Below are positions 1-7,862 of a DNA stretch of 27,433 nt, in pieces. The translations under genes were made by a program, and so were the position numbers. The notes under the pieces were generated by a model. It made no database searches, was not told the origin of the DNA, and saw only the letters and a list, made by a program, of their open reading frames with translations. Every line of letters begins with the position of its first letter. Position 1 is the stretch's first letter. Source of the DNA: a virus (Duplodnaviria > Caudoviricetes); IMG/VR virus record IMGVR_UViG_3300012665_001197, positions 1 to 27,433 of that record; one strand, 5' to 3'.

Positions 1-26
1 ATATAATATTATTTAGGCGCCGTCAA
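1..26 (-). promoter_or_regulatory. probable dual promoter for the next gene beyond the window edge (-35 TTGACG plus late-type CTAAATA)
   Basis: TTGACG at 26-21, 17-nt spacer, TAT.. truncated at the edge; CTAAATA at 16-10 inside the spacer. Confidence 0.45.
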
Positions 27-507
27 GTATAAACTTCAACTGTACCAAGGTGTCAGGGACATTCTTGTGTAAGATTGCCACACCACCTGCAGCACGCCAA
101 TCGTTGATAACACTCTCGGTATCGTCAATGATTAACGTATCTGTTCTTGCGTATTTTTTCTTCAGGTGTTTACCTGGAACAAAGTTGCGTTGGAAATCAA
201 TATCATGTGTTTGCAACCATTTAATTTTTTGTTCAGAGATTGCTGCGTGTCGTTTCTCATTTGCTGTGGATGACAGAATCTGAGTTGGTGGTAATGCGTT
301 ACGTAATGCACGAACCAAGTCCATTGCATCAGGCATCAATTCCAGTGTTTCGAAGTGTTTATCAGCAACAAACGTATTGAAGAATGTGTTGAATTCTTTA
401 TAGTCTCTGGTTGAACTAGGTTCAATATTGAACAATTCAACATATCTCTTTACAAAGTTGGCAATAACACCATCCATGTCCAAATAGATGCAGTTAATTT
501 TATGCAT
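13..507 (-). CDS. HAD-family 5'(3')-deoxyribonucleotidase-like protein
   Basis: YLDMDGV (HAD motif I), ILSS, K..W, LIIDD motif; typical of T4-like phages. Confidence 0.8.
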   Translation of the reverse strand: MHKINCIYLDMDGVIANFVKRYVELFNIEPSSTRDYKEFNTFFNTFVADKHFETLELMPDAMDLVRALRNALPPTQILSSTANEKRHAAISEQKIKWLQTHDIDFQRNFVPGKHLKKKYARTDTLIIDDTESVINDWRAAGGVAILHKNVPDTLVQLKFILDGA

Positions 508-1108
508 AGTCTCTCAAACTTTCTTTTAAAATTTCTTTAAACTTATTTTTATCATAAACAATGAACGGTGTGTACTTTTCAATTTTTCTTTTGTATGTTG
601 GCCAAATAACATCGTCAGATATTTTTTTGTCCCACATTGGTAAGAAATTCATAATGTCGTTCAATATACACACCGTTTCAATGCTTATGTTGCCATAAGT
701 CATTTCTTTCAACAACAATGGATATTGTCCATCTGTTATCACTAGCATTTCGTTTGGTGATTGTGTTGCGTTAAGTAGACCTATTATATCTTGTTCGAAG
801 CGGTATGTCAAGCTCTGGTTTCTTTTTTGCCACTTTTTGTAGTTTTCTTCACCTTCAATACCAGATATATCACCTACCCAATTAACATTGGTTTCGAGAA
901 AATTGGCAATATAAAATGATTTCAATTCTTCTATACTATACTTCCGTGATAACTTGTAAAAGGAATACTTGGCTTTGTTCCTTGCGAAGTTATCTTTTGA
1001 TACGTTGGTCTTTCCGTTATAGCGAAAAAAATCGTAAGAATCAGAAGTAAAATGAAGTTTAATGCTTTGGTAGAGGGCATACGCTTCAAATCCTGTCGTT
1101 TCGGTCAT
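500..1108 (-). CDS. 59: T4-like gp59 helicase loader
   Basis: GFEAY..Y..IKLHF...YDFF.YNGK N-terminus, ISIET..IL, KY.PF; adjacent to gp33. Confidence 0.85.
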   Translation of the reverse strand: MTETTGFEAYALYQSIKLHFTSDSYDFFRYNGKTNVSKDNFARNKAKYSFYKLSRKYSIEELKSFYIANFLETNVNWVGDISGIEGEENYKKWQKRNQSLTYRFEQDIIGLLNATQSPNEMLVITDGQYPLLLKEMTYGNISIETVCILNDIMNFLPMWDKKISDDVIWPTYKRKIEKYTPFIVYDKNKFKEILKESLRDYA

Positions 1109-1326
1109 ATTGGCAATTTAGAACTTTTCTTCAATAGGTTCAAGTCTTGTGCTTCTTCTCTAATCTTTGCTTTCAATGCACTGGAGATTAAGGAAGAAGC
1201 CACATCGACTTCCATGCCTGTTTGTTCACAATGATGTATGATTGCGTCCATATGGGTACCACCCACTTCACTGACGTTTTTACTAATCATTTCACTAAAT
1301 TCATTAATTTCGGTTTTTGTTGGCAC
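1105..1326 (-). CDS. 33: T4-like gp33 late transcription coactivator
   Basis: F...I......MDAII..C......E......LIS..LK.KI..EA..LNLL pattern; GTG start at 1326 just after the upstream stop. Confidence 0.85.
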   Translation of the reverse strand: MPTKTEINEFSEMISKNVSEVGGTHMDAIIHHCEQTGMEVDVASSLISSALKAKIREEAQDLNLLKKSSKLPI

Positions 1327-1327
1327 T

Positions 1328-1816
1328 TTAAGCTTTCGTATAGAACAAATGGTTTCCAATTTTTGCAACGTACTTTAATTTCCACGCCGGATTTACCGAG
1401 GTGTTGTGATAGTACATTGATTTTGTTTTGTATATTGTATCATGCAGGCGTTTTTCTGTCAAGGCTTTTTTCGCAACAATTAGGCATTCTTCCCATGCAT
1501 ACTTGCTTTTGATTGGTCCAACATTTTCACCAACCCAACTGAATTGGTATGTACTGCCTGTTTTTTGATAAACAACATCACATACATTAGATGGAAATTT
1601 TTTACTATTTACACGGTTCATTGTAACCTGTGCCACTGCCAATTTACCTTCAAAAGGTTCACTTGCGGCTTCATAGTAGATATTTTTTGCCATGCATAGT
1701 ACTTGTTTTCCTATGTCTTGTGATACGGCATTTTCGTATTTGAATGTTTGTTGTTGTGATGTTAACGGTAAAAAAACTAAAGTTGAAAGTATTATTGATG
1801 ACAATAACTTGTTCAT
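1328..1816 (-). CDS. SleB/CwlJ-type cell wall hydrolase (Hydrolase_2)
   Basis: CMAKNIYYEA..EP.EGK.AVAQV..NRV, VVYQ, QFSW, IGNHLFY; hydrophobic N-terminal signal. Confidence 0.9.
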   Translation of the reverse strand: MNKLLSSIILSTLVFLPLTSQQQTFKYENAVSQDIGKQVLCMAKNIYYEAASEPFEGKLAVAQVTMNRVNSKKFPSNVCDVVYQKTGSTYQFSWVGENVGPIKSKYAWEECLIVAKKALTEKRLHDTIYKTKSMYYHNTSVNPAWKLKYVAKIGNHLFYTKA

Positions 1817-1837
1817 CTGTTCTCCTTGTGTGTGTTA

Positions 1838-1855
1838 AAGGGGGAGAACCCCCTT
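1838..1855 (-). terminator. GC-rich hairpin (weak terminator or stabilising stem)
   Basis: AAGGGGG-TTCT-CCCCCTT; only a short U tail follows. Confidence 0.45.
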
Positions 1856-1860
1856 AACCC

Positions 1861-2139
1861 TCAGGTAGTTTTTCTGGTGACCTTGATTTCAGGTGCCGTA
1901 GAAATATTAGACACGAAACCGTTTAAGGTTTGAGCCTTGTTGATGATATCTGTTTCTGAGGGGATTGTTGGCAGTGCCGGATGTTCAGGTGGTGTCTCAC
2001 CTTTGGCCTTTGCCGTATCGCATTTGATGTGCCAGTCTTGTGATAGACGGTCTCGTTCTGCGTTGTAAGAATCATATAACATGTCTCTAGCCATTTTTAA
2101 TAGTTCAAGACGGATTTCAAAAGGTGTCATGTTTGACAT
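1861..2139 (-). CDS. hypothetical protein (PFEIRLELLKMA-type small phage protein)
   Basis: 92 aa; SD AGGAG; downstream of a TATAAATA late promoter. Confidence 0.75.
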   Translation of the reverse strand: MSNMTPFEIRLELLKMARDMLYDSYNAERDRLSQDWHIKCDTAKAKGETPPEHPALPTIPSETDIINKAQTLNGFVSNISTAPEIKVTRKTT

Positions 2140-2167
2140 AGTTTTCTCCTGTGATGTGTAAGTGTGG

Positions 2168-2201
2168 CGGTGGTTTTTTGAATGGGTTCCACCGAACCCA
2201 T
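2168..2201 (-). promoter_or_regulatory. predicted H-type RNA pseudoknot in 5' leader
   Basis: AUGGGUU/AACCCAU stem; loop CGGUGG complementary to downstream CCACCG; A-rich linker UCAAAAAA. Confidence 0.65.
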
Positions 2202-2206
2202 ATACT

Positions 2207-2214
2207 TATTTATA
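2207..2214 (-). promoter_or_regulatory. T4-type late promoter
   Basis: exact TATAAATA in intergenic position. Confidence 0.8.
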
Positions 2215-2218
2215 CGTA

Positions 2219-2761
2219 TTAGAAACTACGTGTGTATTGTAGACGCCATGCATCTTTTTCTTCATCGCCATATGAACGACTCCAACGAACTGCAACTTTG
2301 TCTTGTTTGGTCAAATCGTAACCAACTGCTGCATGAACACGTGTTGTTTGATATTCGTTTGCAGTATCAAATGCATTGCGATAACGACCACCAACATCAC
2401 CAGTGAAACCAGCAACCAATGGGAACTTAACGCCAGCATCAACTGCATAGTGGCTGAAGTGTGATGAACTTGAAACTTTTTCACCCAAACGACCACCAAC
2501 ATAGAAAGCACCGATAGATTGTTTTACACGAACTTCCAAACCTTGTGAAAGTGAACCACTACCAAATGCAGTTTGGCTGTTTTCCATTTTAAGGCTGTAG
2601 TCAGTAGAACCAACTTTAGTACCAACAACAATTGCTTCTTTAATGTTAGATGCTTTTGTTGAACGGTTAGTTTCATCAGAATATTCCAATGATGTATAAC
2701 CTTGTGCCATTGCTGAAACGCTCATGACCAAAGAGGCCAAAACTAAACTGATTTTCTTCAA
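2219..2761 (-). CDS. small outer-membrane beta-barrel (porin-like) protein
   Basis: Sec signal MKKISLVLASLVMSVSAMA|Q, alternating amphipathic strands, C-terminal beta-signal WRLQYTRSF. Confidence 0.75.
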   Translation of the reverse strand: MKKISLVLASLVMSVSAMAQGYTSLEYSDETNRSTKASNIKEAIVVGTKVGSTDYSLKMENSQTAFGSGSLSQGLEVRVKQSIGAFYVGGRLGEKVSSSSHFSHYAVDAGVKFPLVAGFTGDVGGRYRNAFDTANEYQTTRVHAAVGYDLTKQDKVAVRWSRSYGDEEKDAWRLQYTRSF

Positions 2762-2770
2762 AATTAACTC

Positions 2771-3349
2771 CTAGTTGTTAAACAATAGTGACTTAGATAT
2801 ATCTATGATATAAATTAGCCTTCTTTTATCAGTCTTATTATATGCACCATGCAATTCAGCATTATCAAATGCAAATAAGTCGGACCAATCCTGCTTTACA
2901 CCATCAACTTCCAGTGCAACATCACCTTCTGGTATGATTAATGGTATATGAATTCTTACTGTCTTGCGGGAACGATTCTCAATGTCCGCATGACTCTTAA
3001 TAACTCCTCCGGCATCCAATACACTATACCCACTACAACCCACATGACTAATATATTTTTGTGTTAGTGATGCAGCTGTTGGAAATATCATTCTCACTCT
3101 TGGTTGCAGAAAGAAATTGTGTTCTATGTTTTTTTCTGGTAATGAATATCGTAGGCCTTCTACTTTCCATACATCCTTTTCATGTTCATCCAAAATTGCT
3201 TCTGGATTGGATGCAGCATACGAAATACCACCACTAAAGGTTGTATCAAAATCTTTGTGGTATTCTAAAAATTCTTGTGTTAATTTAGGTGCCAATTCCA
3301 TTAACTCATCTGCTATGGAAATCTCACCTCTAGACCAAATTTTTTGCAT
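2771..3349 (-). CDS. aspartyl/asparaginyl beta-hydroxylase family Fe(II)/2OG oxygenase
   Basis: IKSHAD, RIHIPLIIP, FAFDN..LHGAYN...RRL; SD GGAG before ATG 3349. Confidence 0.8.
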   Translation of the reverse strand: MQKIWSRGEISIADELMELAPKLTQEFLEYHKDFDTTFSGGISYAASNPEAILDEHEKDVWKVEGLRYSLPEKNIEHNFFLQPRVRMIFPTAASLTQKYISHVGCSGYSVLDAGGVIKSHADIENRSRKTVRIHIPLIIPEGDVALEVDGVKQDWSDLFAFDNAELHGAYNKTDKRRLIYIIDISKSLLFNN

Positions 3350-3364
3350 TACTACTCCATTCAA

Positions 3365-3655
3365 TGGTTGGTTATTCTGTTACGAGGAAACCAACCGAAA
3401 CCCTAGTCAGCGTTTAGGCTGCCAATGCGAACTTTTCATCGTTTGCGTTTACTTGATTTAGTTTTAACATCTTCTCTGATGAGCTGTCCACTTCTGTACT
3501 ATTTACCCTGTCGAAACCAAGTACACCCCCATCAGAAGTGGTCTGCCTTTAACAGACTGTGGCACTTTATCGACTGCCAGCACTTTTGGTGGAGGTGGGG
3601 AGATTCGAACTCCCGTCCAGAATACATTTCTAGTCGCTTCATACAACCATAACAT
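3365..3655 (-). ncRNA. ssrA: circularly permuted (two-piece) tmRNA
   Basis: Acceptor piece ends GAC-GGGAG-TTCGAAT-CTCCC-CACCTCC-A-CCA (3617-3587). After a 56-nt spacer the coding piece starts GGGGGTG-TACTTGGTTTCGAC (3530). G3:U pair present; tag ORF 3446-3414 = ANDEKFALAA*. Outer ends approximate. Confidence 0.93.
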
Positions 3656-3692
3656 TATTTATTATTGTAACACAACCGCAATATCATGTCAA
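3656..3692 (-). promoter_or_regulatory. sigma70-type promoter for tmRNA with overlapping late-type motif
   Basis: TTGACA (3692-3687)-17 nt-TACAAT (3669-3664) with extended -10 TG; AATAAATA at 3663-3656. Confidence 0.8.
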
Positions 3693-4348
3693 CTGTTTTT
3701 GTGGTAATAATCAATTGCTTTAACTAGACCTTCAATGTGGTCTTGTGTTTTCTCTTTAAAAATCATTGGTTGTTCGTTGTCCACGGCCATAATAATTACC
3801 AAATCATCAATAGGCGTACCAACCAATTCTTCATACATCAATGCATATGCAGTACATTGCCAGAAATAATCCAAAATATCTTGACGTTTTTTAATCTTCT
3901 TTGATGTTTTAAAATCAATGACTGATAACTTACCTTCATACTCACCAATACAGTCAACACGGCCTGCCAATCCTAGTTGTGCAGACCACAATCCAACCTC
4001 TTGGTAGTGTATATTGTTGATTTTGTTTAGATATGGTTTGATTGATATGAACATCTCTTTGGCATCAGGCATAACATTACCTGGTGGTTTTGGTTCATTG
4101 TTCAAGTAATACTCACACATTGTGTGCATATTGGTACCACGTGATGTAGCTTGTCTGGAGATTTTGTTTGCAGTTTCTTCTCCAACTCTACGGCGCCATT
4201 CTAGGATGGACTGCTTTTTCTGAGCTCCCACCACTGTGGTCACTGATGGTAATTTTTTGCCATCTGGTGTGACATAATATCTTTTCCCATCAGGAAAAGT
4301 TTGAGATTCAATTTTTGGAATCTCTTTTGGTGGGCAATAAACGAACAT
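3689..4348 (-). CDS. PD-(D/E)XK exonuclease of T4-like phages
   Basis: LPSVTTV, RGT.MH, E......GRVDC, IDFKTS, Q..AYA motifs. Confidence 0.85.
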   Translation of the reverse strand: MFVYCPPKEIPKIESQTFPDGKRYYVTPDGKKLPSVTTVVGAQKKQSILEWRRRVGEETANKISRQATSRGTNMHTMCEYYLNNEPKPPGNVMPDAKEMFISIKPYLNKINNIHYQEVGLWSAQLGLAGRVDCIGEYEGKLSVIDFKTSKKIKKRQDILDYFWQCTAYALMYEELVGTPIDDLVIIMAVDNEQPMIFKEKTQDHIEGLVKAIDYYHKNS

Positions 4349-5865
4349 TATAATCCTAACTTTAAGTTTTTATATTCAAGGATAGTTTGATCCGCTTCTT
4401 CGATTTTTCTATTTAAAAAAGTTTTATCAAATGTTCCATCAATGATATCTTTCACATCAACTCCCATACCAACCAATTCAAATACATCATGGTTGATACT
4501 GACGCCTTTGTTTGCATTTCCATAAATTGATTTGCCTTTAGCAATACGCAATTCTTCTGTTTCTAAATTTAGTAATGTTGTGAGTTTTCTTGCAGTAAGA
4601 TAATTCATATACTTACTTTTCCACATCATCATATTACTATCATCATTATTGTATCTAGGATCATCATCGTTTGCCGATAAAACATACTCACCCTTAGTCA
4701 TTTCTGTATAACCCCATTTGTCATATTCTTTTTCGAATTCACTCAAACGACTTACAGAATTTTTTCTGATAACCAAAGGCCACCAATCCCAATTATCAAA
4801 GACTTCAAAATTTTGTTCCAACAAAATCTTCTGACTATTATAAACACTAGACAATGGTTCACCTGGTAATCCACAAATCATGCCTGTATATGTATAGACC
4901 GGTTTATATCTTTTCAACTCTCTAATGGCTGCAAATTGTCTTTCATTATCTAGTCCTTTACCAATTGCTTTCTTTGCTTCTGGATGAAAAGTTTCCAAAC
5001 CAAATGTGGCTGCAACCAAACCAGTATCAGCCAACATAGGTATCGTTTCTGGAAAGGCCTCAATCAAGTCTGCACGTAGAAAGGCTGTGTATGTAATTTT
5101 AACACCACTCTTTGCAATTGCTTCTGCAACATAATCCAATTTTACCACATTATCATTGAATGTATCATCATTAAACCAATAGTTATTGACACCAAACATT
5201 TCGTAGTTTCTACGCAATTCATCCGCTAGGTTATCAACATGACGAATGTAATCATTCTTCTTTTTACCCAATAATGGGAACGCACAGAAACGGCATCTGA
5301 AAATACAACCTCTACTAATTTCAATAGGCAAGAAATTGTTTTTGATTAAGTCGCTTTCCAACCATTTGATAGACAAGTCACTATCATCATTTTTATACGC
5401 CATTTCAGCATTAATAGAAAGTGTACCTTTGTATGGTACCCACTTCAAATCATCCAAACGTTTCTTGGTTAAGAATTTTAGATAGTGTAAGACTGCTTCT
5501 TCGGCATAACCCCAAAATACTCTATCGACCTGAGTTAAATCGACACCATCAATTGGTGTTTCATTCCCACCAATAAGTGTCTTTACATGGGGATATTTCT
5601 CTTTAATGTGTTTGAATAAATGATTTAATTTGTCAAATGCATAGATGAACGTAATACTGATACCAACAAACAAAGTTTTTGGGCCAATAAACCTAGCACA
5701 GATTGTTTCAATTTCTTCTTCTGTAAAATTACCAAAGTAATCAACAACCTCAAGGTTATAACCATGTGGTTCTAAAAATGTTCTCAATCTTGCTGCACCA
5801 GCTGGTCGACTAATTGTTCTAGTTCGTTCCATGCCGGTAAAAACAATACCATGTGTATCTGTCAT
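4348..5865 (-). CDS. radical SAM protein with N-terminal cobalamin-binding-like domain (class B type)
   Basis: EISRGCIFRCRFC, DDTF, GLETF, GLPGE; N-terminal P.G..RL..FL...G..LEVVD / VGIS / K...P.VK..IGG pattern. Confidence 0.85.
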   Translation of the reverse strand: MTDTHGIVFTGMERTRTISRPAGAARLRTFLEPHGYNLEVVDYFGNFTEEEIETICARFIGPKTLFVGISITFIYAFDKLNHLFKHIKEKYPHVKTLIGGNETPIDGVDLTQVDRVFWGYAEEAVLHYLKFLTKKRLDDLKWVPYKGTLSINAEMAYKNDDSDLSIKWLESDLIKNNFLPIEISRGCIFRCRFCAFPLLGKKKNDYIRHVDNLADELRRNYEMFGVNNYWFNDDTFNDNVVKLDYVAEAIAKSGVKITYTAFLRADLIEAFPETIPMLADTGLVAATFGLETFHPEAKKAIGKGLDNERQFAAIRELKRYKPVYTYTGMICGLPGEPLSSVYNSQKILLEQNFEVFDNWDWWPLVIRKNSVSRLSEFEKEYDKWGYTEMTKGEYVLSANDDDPRYNNDDSNMMMWKSKYMNYLTARKLTTLLNLETEELRIAKGKSIYGNANKGVSINHDVFELVGMGVDVKDIIDGTFDKTFLNRKIEEADQTILEYKNLKLGL

Positions 5866-5868
5866 AAT

Positions 5869-6663
5869 TTAATAGAGTTCAAAATCTCTGATTTTTTTAG
5901 TTACGTATTTTGCTCTGATGGCTTCGAAAAAATCAATATCTTCTTCCGTTAATTCGGGTTCATCAATTTTTTCTCTCATGCCTCTAACATAATTTAACAT
6001 CTGTTCAAAATCACCTTCATATTTAAAAAATTTGGTTACTTTCTTTGTATCATATGCATCCATGATAAGGTGATATCTATCCTCATCGGAATCATTTCTA
6101 ATTTGATGCCATTGATTGACCCAAAGAATCCAAACACCACCGTCAGCAGGCATATGTAAATTCATACCTTGACAAATATGTACACATTTTTCGTTTGTGA
6201 AAAGTGGTATGTGAATACGTGCCATATATTCTTCTTCTGTTGCATCTCTATGCACTAAACTTTTTGAGTGTGCCTTTAAACAGGTAATTCTAGCCCTTGT
6301 TGGATAAAATCCCATTTCACGTATGTCATCCATAACCTTTTTGATTTCACCAACATAAGCTTCAGTTGGTTTGTCGTGTTCTAATCCATGTGAAATGTTA
6401 AAGTGCTTGTAGGCTTTACAAATCAATTCTTCAGTTGGTAAAAATGATTCTAATGATTGTCCTTTTTCCAACTGAATTGCTTCCCATCCACCAGTCCATG
6501 TTGCTTCTTTGCATAGTATACTCCAACCACCAAAACCATTGTATTTTGGTGTTTCATATTCTTCACCTTGAATAACTTGGTCACCTAAAGTAAAAACACT
6601 ATCTCTCACTTCTTGTTTTAATTTTTCAATGTCCACTGTATAGTCTAATTTTTCGAAAAACAT
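5869..6663 (-). CDS. aspartyl/asparaginyl beta-hydroxylase family oxygenase
   Basis: RAR...L......VHRD, RIHIPL.TN, H.PADG, H...N....RYHL. Confidence 0.8.
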   Translation of the reverse strand: MFFEKLDYTVDIEKLKQEVRDSVFTLGDQVIQGEEYETPKYNGFGGWSILCKEATWTGGWEAIQLEKGQSLESFLPTEELICKAYKHFNISHGLEHDKPTEAYVGEIKKVMDDIREMGFYPTRARITCLKAHSKSLVHRDATEEEYMARIHIPLFTNEKCVHICQGMNLHMPADGGVWILWVNQWHQIRNDSDEDRYHLIMDAYDTKKVTKFFKYEGDFEQMLNYVRGMREKIDEPELTEEDIDFFEAIRAKYVTKKIRDFELY

Positions 6664-6673
6664 TTCTTATCCT

Positions 6674-7345
6674 TTATAAGTTTCCAGTTTCTTTTAGCAT
6701 ATCATACACTTGACCATAATCATAATATCTGGTTCTAAGTGCAAATGCCTTTCTGAGTTTTGCTTCGCCACCTAATGGTTCCACATTGTGTGGTACTCTT
6801 ACGTCCAACATATATGCTTCCATAGGTTGTGCAACAAAAGATCCAATTTCATGAACATCATCAAAAGAATATACCGCATCAACATATGTTATTTCTTCAC
6901 AGGTTGGCATATTCTGTTTTTCAGCCACAAACTCTTTAACCCTAGTTTTCAATTCTTCAACATTAACATTTTGGTCTACAATCGTTCCATCATCAACACC
7001 AAGGTGTCGGTCTTCTTCTGTTTTCCATGAGTTTGCTTGAGGTTTTGCCTTAAAGAAAACTGTTCTATAGTTTTGTGGGTCATAATAAAAATTGATTGTT
7101 GTTATAAAATCATTATCAACGTGTGGTAACAACAAACTATTAATTGACATTCTCGTCACCTGAAAATCTTTCCAGTATCTTTCGGGAATAACTTTATACA
7201 GTTTTTCTAATTCTGGTTCAGGTGTCCAAATAGTATTGTGTCTAACTCCCAATCCATATTTGCCTGCAAATGAATCTGCAATTCCTTGAGGAATTATGGT
7301 ATGCATCATATACTCATAATTGTGTTTTAGTTTAACGAACGACAT
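6674..7345 (-). CDS. putative Fe(II)/2OG (cupin-fold) oxygenase
   Basis: LLPHVD...INFY ... LDV.VPHNV ... R (HxD...H facial triad). Confidence 0.65.
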   Translation of the reverse strand: MSFVKLKHNYEYMMHTIIPQGIADSFAGKYGLGVRHNTIWTPEPELEKLYKVIPERYWKDFQVTRMSINSLLLPHVDNDFITTINFYYDPQNYRTVFFKAKPQANSWKTEEDRHLGVDDGTIVDQNVNVEELKTRVKEFVAEKQNMPTCEEITYVDAVYSFDDVHEIGSFVAQPMEAYMLDVRVPHNVEPLGGEAKLRKAFALRTRYYDYGQVYDMLKETGNL

Positions 7346-7862
7346 TATTGGTTTCCTTTAACATTTCAATTACGTCCTCATACTTATGAACAAAGGTTCC
7401 CAAAGTTATTGCTTTACGCAAATTAAATTCACCCTTAACGCCATGTATTTGACTTACATCAAGTAACCAAACTTCATAGTCTTTTGCCACAAAACTACCA
7501 ACTTCAATTAAATCATCTTCAAAGTATATATGACCATCGGTTTGATTCTCAACCTGTACAGTATTTGGTTTATCAACTTTTGGTTTGTAAAAGGTTGTTG
7601 TGCAACCTTCTGTTTGAAAGTAAAAATTTATTGATGAAATAATCTCGGTATCTGTATGTGGTGGGATTATACAATCAATTGTCATTACTGTCAAGTGGAA
7701 ATCCTGCCAATACCTTTTTGGCAAAACACCATAAATTTTTTCAGCCTCTGGTGACCATATCTTCTTATAGTCAATACCTTTACCATCAACTTTAAAAGTT
7801 TTTAATTGGTCGGTAATTGCATATAGTGGTTTTTCGAAAGATTTTTCAAGTTTGGTAAACAT
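7332..7862 (-). CDS. putative Fe(II)/2OG (cupin-fold) oxygenase, paralog of neighbour
   Basis: IPPHTD...INFY ... LDV.QIHGV ... RKA; TAATG overlap with upstream gene. Confidence 0.65.
   Translation of the reverse strand: MFTKLEKSFEKPLYAITDQLKTFKVDGKGIDYKKIWSPEAEKIYGVLPKRYWQDFHLTVMTIDCIIPPHTDTEIISSINFYFQTEGCTTTFYKPKVDKPNTVQVENQTDGHIYFEDDLIEVGSFVAKDYEVWLLDVSQIHGVKGEFNLRKAITLGTFVHKYEDVIEMLKETNNVVR

Noticed and set aside
2168-2201. Canonical preQ1-I riboswitch
   Set aside because: The ligand-pairing C before the 3' strand of P1 is absent and no queuosine genes are nearby; retained only as a pseudoknot.
3587-3620. tRNA gene or attP-like tRNA 3' fragment
   Set aside because: There is no anticodon arm; the T-arm/CCA pairs with the downstream GGGGGTG and a tag ORF follows, so it is part of the permuted tmRNA.
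3425-3652. 75-aa plus-strand ORF
   Set aside because: It is antisense to the tmRNA and has no recognisable protein features.
3689-4348. Cas4 / CRISPR system
   Set aside because: The four-Cys Fe-S pattern is not evident, and no repeat-spacer array or other cas genes were seen; it is an ordinary T4-like exonuclease.
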